The translations under genes were made by a program, and so were the position numbers. From Patescibacteria group bacterium (GTDB taxonomy: Bacteria > Patescibacteriota > Patescibacteriia > Magasanikbacterales > UBA922): 48,508 nucleotides of DNA. The stretch spans positions 1-48,508 of the forward strand of contig DATDUP010000010.1 in assembly GCA_035290345.1 (NCBI GenBank), written 5' to 3'. A model generated the notes under the pieces. The model saw only the letters and a list, made by a program, of their open reading frames with translations. It had not been told where the DNA came from and made no database searches. Of the stretch, positions 44,012 through 48,508 are shown piece by piece. The stretch's first letter is position 1. Each line of letters opens with the position of its first letter.

Positions 44012-46492
44012 ATGGAACCAAACAAACTTTTAGAAAGATTCTCCACTCACCTGCGTAATGTGGTTGCCCACAGTATTTCTTTAGCCGCCACCATGGGACA
44101 GGAACTAGTCACCCCCGCCCATCTGCTCTGGACTCTTGGCCGCGAACCTGGCTCAATTGGCGCAGAAATTTTGAAAAACCTAAATGTTGATCTGGAACCA
44201 GTAAAAAAGATTTTAGATAAACAAGGAACGCGACCGCAAAAGACTGTTGGGCCGTTGATCGCCACTGTGCCTGAACTTGACGCGAAAAGTAAAAAAAGTA
44301 TTGAACTCGCGATTCTTTATGCTTTCCAACGCGCCCATGCCCATGTCGGTACTGAACATCTTTTGCTCAGTCTCCTGGAAGTGAACGACAAGGATCTAAA
44401 TGCTTTTTTTTCAACCAAACCAGAACAGAGCCGGGAAATAAAAAAACAAATTGAAATTAGTTTTAAAAATACCAGTCACTTTCCAGAATTGGAGGAAGCA
44501 GCCGGCATTATGGAACATCTGGAAGCCATGCTTGATTCCGCCCCCCTGGTCACTCCTCCCCGACCCTCAAACCGGACCGCGTCAGCTCTGGAAATCTTTA
44601 CTATTGATTTAACTGATCCGGACAAACAAAAAAATCTAGACCCCGTCATTGGTCGAGAAAAAGAAATTGAACGAATCATTAATATTCTGGCCCGCCGGAC
44701 AAAGAACAATCCAGTCCTGGTTGGTGAACCTGGCGTGGGAAAAACCGCCATTGTCGAAGGCTTAGCAAAAAAAATCTTGAACAAAGAAGTACCGGATATT
44801 TTAAAAAACAAAAGGGTGTTAGCCTTAGACATGACTTTGTTAGTGGCCGGCACTATTTATCGTGGTGAATTTGAAGCTCGTCTGAAACAAGTCATCGATG
44901 AAATCAGTCGCCTGCCCGATGTGATTCTTTTCATTGACGAACTACACAATATCATTGGTGCCGGTTCTAGCCAGGGAGCCATGGACGCAGCCAATATCCT
45001 CAAACCCGCCCTGGCTCGCGGCCTTCTCCATTGTCTGGGAGCCACCACTTATGAAGAATACAAAAAATATATAGCCGCTGATCCGGCTTTAGAACGTCGG
45101 TTTCTTCTCGTCCATGTAGAAGAACCGAGCCACCAAGAAACCATTAATATCTTGACTGGCCTCCGTCCTTTTTATGAAGATTACCACGGGGTAAAAATCT
45201 CCCCCGAAGCCACCACCGCTGCGGTCAACTTGAGCGAACGCTATATTCATGACAATTTTCTTCCTGATAAAGCTTTAGATCTCATCGACGAAGCCTGTGC
45301 CGCGGCCAAGACAAAGAAAAAATTGACGTCAGCGGAAAAACAAAGAAATACGTTAAAAGAAAAAATTCTGTCTTTGAATCGGGCTAAAGAAAACGCCTTG
45401 AGCCAAGGGGATTTGGAACAAGCACTCGTCCAACGTCAACAAATCGCAACCGCTGAAAAAGAACTAACAAATTTTTTACGAACCAGAAAAAAAACTCCTG
45501 GACCGATCATCACCGCAGCCGACATCGCCGCCATTATTGCCCAGCGCTTCAATCTTGAACCTCAGACCGTCACTCTTGATGAATTGGAAAATTTAGAAAA
45601 ACTGGAAAAACGGCTCAATGATCAAATCTTGGGACAAGAAAAAGCGATCGGAGAAATAATCCAAACCCTTAAAAAATCTGTCCTCGGACTGAAAGACCGT
45701 AGTAAACCCACCGGGGCAATGCTCTTTGTTGGTCCGAGCGGCGTTGGAAAAACTGAATTAGCAAAAATTCTGGCTCGAGAACTATATCAAGATGAAAAAG
45801 CTCTCATCCGCCTGGACATGAGCGAATTTTCTGAAGCCCATAGTACGAGCAAGCTTCTGGGCTCGCCCGCCGGATACATCGGCCACAAAGAAAGAAATCA
45901 CTTTGTGGAGGAAATAAAAAAACGGCCATATTGTGTGATTTTGTTTGATGAAATAGACAAGGCGCATCCGGATGTTCTCAAGCTTCTCCTCCAAATCCTG
46001 GATGACGGCGTCCTCACCGACAGTACGGGTAAAAAAATCCATTTTCACCATGCTCTCATCATCCTGACCACCAACTTAGGAGCCGAATTATTCAAATCTG
46101 CCGGCATCGGCTTTGGCCACCAGGAGCACAATACGCGGACGGCCATTGTCAGTCGTCTCAAAGAAAACCTGTCCCCGGCCCTGCTCAGTCGCCTTAGCAA
46201 TCTCATTATTTTTTCTCCCCTTTCTCCCGAGACAATCACCGCCATTGTCAAAAAAGAATTGATGACTTTGAATGAGAAGATCAAGGCCAACCTCCAGCTT
46301 TCTTTTCGGGCGACGACTGCGGCCGTTGACCAACTGGCCAAAGAGGCCTTCCACCCGGACTGGGGAGCACGCCAGGTCAGCACGACCATTGAAAACATTT
46401 TGGAAGATTTGCTGACTGCGGTACTCAAGAAAAAAAATCCTAAAAAAGAATTAATCTTCACGCGAACAGGTGATAAATTTTCTCTTCGTTGA
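44012..46492 (+). CDS. clpC: two-ring AAA+ Clp/Hsp100 chaperone-unfoldase (ClpC-like)
   Basis: Clp N-domain repeats, Walker A motifs GEPGVGKT and GPSGVGKT, a short middle domain and a GIGF loop. I chose the ATG at 44012; the track start at 43901 overlaps the divergent region. Confidence 0.88.
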   Translation: MEPNKLLERFSTHLRNVVAHSISLAATMGQELVTPAHLLWTLGREPGSIGAEILKNLNVDLEPVKKILDKQGTRPQKTVGPLIATVPELDAKSKKSIELAILYAFQRAHAHVGTEHLLLSLLEVNDKDLNAFFSTKPEQSREIKKQIEISFKNTSHFPELEEAAGIMEHLEAMLDSAPLVTPPRPSNRTASALEIFTIDLTDPDKQKNLDPVIGREKEIERIINILARRTKNNPVLVGEPGVGKTAIVEGLAKKILNKEVPDILKNKRVLALDMTLLVAGTIYRGEFEARLKQVIDEISRLPDVILFIDELHNIIGAGSSQGAMDAANILKPALARGLLHCLGATTYEEYKKYIAADPALERRFLLVHVEEPSHQETINILTGLRPFYEDYHGVKISPEATTAAVNLSERYIHDNFLPDKALDLIDEACAAAKTKKKLTSAEKQRNTLKEKILSLNRAKENALSQGDLEQALVQRQQIATAEKELTNFLRTRKKTPGPIITAADIAAIIAQRFNLEPQTVTLDELENLEKLEKRLNDQILGQEKAIGEIIQTLKKSVLGLKDRSKPTGAMLFVGPSGVGKTELAKILARELYQDEKALIRLDMSEFSEAHSTSKLLGSPAGYIGHKERNHFVEEIKKRPYCVILFDEIDKAHPDVLKLLLQILDDGVLTDSTGKKIHFHHALIILTTNLGAELFKSAGIGFGHQEHNTRTAIVSRLKENLSPALLSRLSNLIIFSPLSPETITAIVKKELMTLNEKIKANLQLSFRATTAAVDQLAKEAFHPDWGARQVSTTIENILEDLLTAVLKKKNPKKELIFTRTGDKFSLR

Positions 46493-46493
46493 T

Positions 46494-46838
46494 ATGGACA
46501 AAGAGCAGCAATGGGCTGAACAACTCCGCCGCCAACGCTCTCAACTGAAACTACAACAGCAGGTGCCATTGGCGCAAAAAGAAAAAAATCTCCAAGAAGA
46601 AACCTCCTATCTGAAAGAGAGAATCCAGCAAGCAGTCGCCGAACAAAACCAGGCTCAAATAATTTTCTTTTTGAAAAAACTGATCCGTCTCCGAGGCAAG
46701 CAATCCCGCCAACGTTTGGATAACTATGCGGAAAAATATACCACTCCTGACAAAGAAACGATCCTGGAAGAAATTACTGATTTCTTAAATTCCTGTCACC
46801 GCTTCCTTTCCCAGGTTAACCCCTCATCCCATGGCTAA
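46494..46838 (+). CDS. hypothetical coiled-coil protein
   Basis: The ATG lies 1 nt after the clpC-like stop. The protein is Gln/Arg/Lys-rich and helical. It overlaps the next ORF by 8 nt. Confidence 0.5.
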   Translation: MDKEQQWAEQLRRQRSQLKLQQQVPLAQKEKNLQEETSYLKERIQQAVAEQNQAQIIFFLKKLIRLRGKQSRQRLDNYAEKYTTPDKETILEEITDFLNSCHRFLSQVNPSSHG

Positions 46839-48180
46839 ACAACGAAAGGAAAAAATTTCTGCCCCGCCTTCATTACCGAACACTGAACTGGAAAACGAAC
46901 TTTTGGCGCCGATTGACGAAGAAGTGCAAGAAATCTTGGATAGCCGAGGAATAGTTTTAGAGGATTCAGAAAAAAACAAACTGGAAGAAAAAATCGCGGA
47001 ACTAGGGACAAAATTGGCTGGCCGGCCAGTTAATCCAGTCTCCTCTGTTGAATCAGCAGTAGACGAATTTACTCGTCAAGAAAATCTTCAACCCGAAAAC
47101 TTAGTTCTCGGAGACATGGCCGAAACAACTGCAGAAGCGCCCAGAAAACAACCACCAAGACAACCAGAATTTTCAACCCCGGGCAATATTGCCACGGAAG
47201 ACAGCGATCCAGAACCAGAAGAAAACGAACCAGTAGAAGAAACCGAAAAAAACAAAGAAACACAACCAGAAACTCCGACGCCCCTGACATCTCCTGCCCC
47301 AACCGGAACTATCCCCCAAGATTTAGATATTGAGAAAGGTTCGGCCCAACCATCTTCTGCCGAACCAAACCCAGATTCTGCTTCCCAACCTGAAGAAAGT
47401 GAACACGAGGACAATCCGAAATCTCCAGATCAAACCACTACGGATGAAGATGGTGATGGGGAAAGCAAAGATGAAAATGGAGAAAACGAAGAGGAGGGAG
47501 ATAATGAAGAGAACGGAGAAGAAGAACGGCCTGATTCCCAATCCCCTGGCCGTGCCCAAAAACCAGATGAGATGGTTCCTACCAGCCAATGGGGGGACCA
47601 AGAATGGGCGCAAATGAACAACTACTTAGCGGCTCAGGAACAAGAAGAACAGCAACGCCGCCAGGCCAGCGGCCAACCCGGAGACGAATCCAATGCGGCC
47701 GATCTTCCGCCTGATCAGCGCAAGAAAAAACTTTTAAATGCACTCCCCAATCTGCGCAAAGGAAAACAGATAAAAAAAATCATGGAGCTGATCAAGAAAC
47801 TGGAGAAAGAAAAAAAACTAATTACTAAAAAAAGGAAAAAACCTTTACAAGAAAAAAAACGGGCTGAACGGGCTAAAACTGGCTTAAACGTGGGGATCGC
47901 GATCCTGATTATTTTACAGGTAATCGTCATTGTAATTACTATCAGCACTTTCATCCCCTTCCTCATCGGTTTTTTCATCCCAATCATCCCCAATTTTCTT
48001 TGGGGAGTGGTTAAAACTTTGGGTTATGGAAAGAGAGCCTTGAGAGAAATGAAAGAACAATTTGAAAAAATAATCGAAGAAAAAGACAAAGACATAAGGA
48101 AATACGATCAACAAATAAAGAAAAAAAATCAGGATATCCAGCAGCTCAGTCGAGCCTTAAGAAATATCAATAAAAAATAA
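46831..48180 (+). CDS. hypothetical membrane protein with a long acidic low-complexity region, a Lys-rich segment, two TM helices and a coiled-coil tail
   Basis: A 449-aa ORF with a PE/DE-rich central stretch and the hydrophobic block GLNVGIAILIILQVIVIVITISTFIPFLIGFFIPIIPNFLWGVV. Confidence 0.55.
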   Translation: MAKQRKEKISAPPSLPNTELENELLAPIDEEVQEILDSRGIVLEDSEKNKLEEKIAELGTKLAGRPVNPVSSVESAVDEFTRQENLQPENLVLGDMAETTAEAPRKQPPRQPEFSTPGNIATEDSDPEPEENEPVEETEKNKETQPETPTPLTSPAPTGTIPQDLDIEKGSAQPSSAEPNPDSASQPEESEHEDNPKSPDQTTTDEDGDGESKDENGENEEEGDNEENGEEERPDSQSPGRAQKPDEMVPTSQWGDQEWAQMNNYLAAQEQEEQQRRQASGQPGDESNAADLPPDQRKKKLLNALPNLRKGKQIKKIMELIKKLEKEKKLITKKRKKPLQEKKRAERAKTGLNVGIAILIILQVIVIVITISTFIPFLIGFFIPIIPNFLWGVVKTLGYGKRALREMKEQFEKIIEEKDKDIRKYDQQIKKKNQDIQQLSRALRNINKK

Positions 48181-48195
48181 AATAACCAAGACCTT

Positions 48196-48508
48196 ATGGA
48201 TAAAAAAAGAATAATTTTTGCTAGCGGTTTTCTCCTTCTTACCGCCGTCTTTGGTTTCCTCATCTATAAAGTATTCTTCGCCAAAGAAAAAATCACGATC
48301 AAAAAGAAGGTTACCCCGACCGAACAGGTGGGCGGACAATTCCCCACGGCCCAGGAAGGAGGGTTGACCCCCACTATCGTCACTCCTGGAGCGGGGTTAC
48401 CTCAGGCTGGCACAGTTTCTCCCGGTGCGGCAATTACTCCAGCTGGTGGTCCGGGCTTGGCTAAAGTCAAAAAAGAACTAGATGCGGAACTGTCCGGACT
48501 AAAAGTGG
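48196..48508 (+). CDS. hypothetical membrane-anchored protein, 3' end runs off the window
   Basis: My translation gives MDKKRIIFASGFLLLTAVFGFLIYKVFF followed by a Pro/Gly/Thr-rich linker. The frame stays open to the window edge. Confidence 0.5.
   Translation, partial: MDKKRIIFASGFLLLTAVFGFLIYKVFFAKEKITIKKKVTPTEQVGGQFPTAQEGGLTPTIVTPGAGLPQAGTVSPGAAITPAGGPGLAKVKKELDAELSGLKV

Noticed and set aside
47069-48114. Several antisense and alternative-frame ORFs inside the acidic/Lys-rich gene (47069-47302, 47088-47414, 47323-47613, 47330-47617, 47430-47621, 47715-47993, 47914-48114).
   Set aside because: The low-complexity GAA/GAG/AAA-rich coding sequence produces open frames on both strands. Only the 46831-48180 frame is continuous and translationally coupled to its neighbours.
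1-48508. CRISPR arrays, IS elements or transposases, rRNA genes, and retron/DGR-type reverse transcriptases.
   Set aside because: I found no regularly spaced short direct repeats, no transposase-like or RT-like ORF, and no rRNA-like sequence while reading both strands.

Overview
Read by eye, this is a 48.5 kb chromosomal segment of a small, AT-rich genome (backbone roughly 40% GC, estimated, not computed). Gene content and style fit a Patescibacteria/CPR-type bacterium. It carries a compact housekeeping set, a DUF4012 protein, almost no Shine-Dalgarno (SD) sequences and canonical TTGACA-17-TATAAT promoters. Most genes are on the minus strand: mutM, tpiA, an M16 peptidase, glyQS, frr, holB, a GT4 glycosyltransferase, mreB, DUF4012, a GT2-like synthase, rplL, rplJ, dnaE, pheT, pheS, rseP and a phosphohexomutase. 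On the plus strand are tsaD, lemA, htpX and a clpC-like gene. RNA genes are tRNA-Trp(CCA), Thr(GGU), Tyr(GUA), Thr(UGU) and Glu(UUC). A 54-aa rpmG gene is missing from the ORF track. I saw no rRNA, CRISPR array, transposase or integrase. Three things stand out. (1) Four short GC-rich islands (about 1-1450, 14140-14900, 27470-29600 and 40940-42525) each hold self-contained units of promoter, strong GGAGG-type SD, ORF and hairpin terminators. This contrasts with the SD-poor backbone. (2) The last island is a two-cassette tandem array. Two apparently unrelated GC-rich membrane ORFs are each bracketed by a near-identical 49-nt promoter module and a near-identical 71-nt terminator module. (3) A very compact T-box-like leader sits directly upstream of glyQS, with the core GGGUGGAACCGCC, a UGGAACC bulge, an antiterminator/terminator switch and GGC triplets. 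Smaller items are a 32-bp perfect palindrome, an SD-driven 7-codon mini-ORF, terminator-containing leaders in front of rplJ and of a GC-rich ORF, and an accessory cluster of small-molecule-modifying genes. All functional calls rest on motif recognition only. No searches were run.
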